The translations under genes and the position numbers were made by a program. Shown piece after piece: positions 63,660-64,000 of a stretch of 64,000 bases of DNA. The DNA lies in assembly GCA_043827325.1 (NCBI GenBank), contig JBDRPF010000037.1, forward strand, positions 8,887-72,886. The letters run 5' to 3'. Within the stretch, counting starts at the first letter, position 1, and each line of letters begins with the position of its first letter. The DNA is from Pseudomonadota bacterium. GTDB lineage: Bacteria > Desulfobacterota > Desulfobacteria > Desulfobacterales > UBA11574. The notes under the pieces are model-generated. The model made no database searches and had not been told where the DNA came from. It saw only the letters and a list, made by a program, of their open reading frames with translations.

Positions 63660-64000
63660 TTATACTCAAAGCCGCACCAGGTGGTGATATTTTCGATGGG
63701 TTCACGGTCGCTTTTGACCTGGTTTGCCGGGAAATCCCAGTTGGGATAGCCAATGGCGATGGCGGTTATGATCCTTTTGTCATTCGGGATTCCGGCATGT
63801 TCCCTCAACACTTCCGGATACAGAACACCCTGATTTTCAATGCAGGTGCCTAAACCGAAATCCAGGGCAGCAAGACAGATGTTTTGAACCAGCATCCCGA
63901 TATCCAGCGATGGTCGTGCTTCCGGGAGCATTCGATCCAGGGTGATGATGATGATTGCCGGTGCATTGAAGTAGCGAAACCCCAGCGCCATCCACCCCGC
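63656..64000 (-). CDS. nitroreductase-family protein, C-terminal part; the gene runs off the right edge
   Basis: The translation ...APAIIIITLD...LAALDFGLGTCIENQG...IAIGYP is typical of nitroreductase folds. The frame remains open to the window end. Confidence 0.6.
   Translation of the reverse strand, partial: AGWMALGFRYFNAPAIIIITLDRMLPEARPSLDIGMLVQNICLAALDFGLGTCIENQGVLYPEVLREHAGIPNDKRIITAIAIGYPNWDFPANQVKSDREPIENITTWCGFEYN

Noticed and set aside
1-64000. Search for CRISPR arrays, tRNA/rRNA genes, transposases, integrases, phage genes and toxin-antitoxin or defence-system signatures
   Set aside because: I found no direct-repeat/spacer arrays, no cloverleaf-like conserved tRNA motifs in the intergenic regions, and no ORFs with DDE, tyrosine-recombinase or serine-recombinase motifs, nuclease/helicase defence motifs or capsid-like motifs. 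The window looks like core or accessory regulatory chromosome rather than a mobile island.

Overview
This 64-kb window (roughly 50% GC by eye) has no rRNA, tRNA, CRISPR array, transposase or integrase that I could find. The gene content (DsrC, an AhbA/B-like siroheme decarboxylase subunit, a GltD-MvhD fusion oxidoreductase, many sigma54 elements) suggests a sulfate-reducing Desulfobacterota (Desulfobacterales-like) chromosome; that assignment is inference only. Signal transduction dominates the window: 7 histidine kinases plus 1 degenerate kinase, 15 receiver (REC) domains of which only 3 carry a DNA-binding output, and 2 sigma54 enhancer-binding proteins (bEBPs). These genes are interleaved with energy-reserve and adenylate-linked genes: glycogen synthase, alpha-glucan phosphorylase, a CBM48 glycogen-binding protein, a two-domain PPK2, an ADP-forming acetyl-CoA synthetase, Usp proteins and CBS/ACT proteins. 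The window also holds potABCD, two TauE/SafE permeases, a DASS permease, and the housekeeping genes miaA and nadE. The strongest signal read directly from the DNA is a repeated enhancer-like palindrome, TGTC-N6-TTTTACA-N3-TGTAAAA. It occurs 7 times, and each copy sits 105-116 bp upstream of a canonical -24/-12 (TGGCAY-N5-TTGC) promoter. These pairs define a putative sigma54 regulon that ties three paralogous Cache-kinase/REC-only phosphorelays to glycogen, Usp and CBS genes. Other notable items are listed here. (1) A membrane-anchored bEBP has a GAFTEA loop and a winged-helix C-terminus; it is translationally coupled to a PpsA-like dikinase and faces a divergent sigma54-driven Usp/TauE operon. 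(2) Two inverted paralogous cassettes, each a NarL-type two-component system plus a Cys-rich small ORF, lie about 47 kb apart and share a conserved non-coding block. (3) One of those cassettes is bracketed by inverted repeats of about 22 nt. (4) There is a tandem response-regulator duplication, and a gene remnant is truncated exactly at an enhancer copy. (5) A divergent S21-like gene is present. (6) G10 and C8 homopolymer tracts lie inside one kinase gene. All functional calls come from reading the supplied translations for motifs; no database search was possible.
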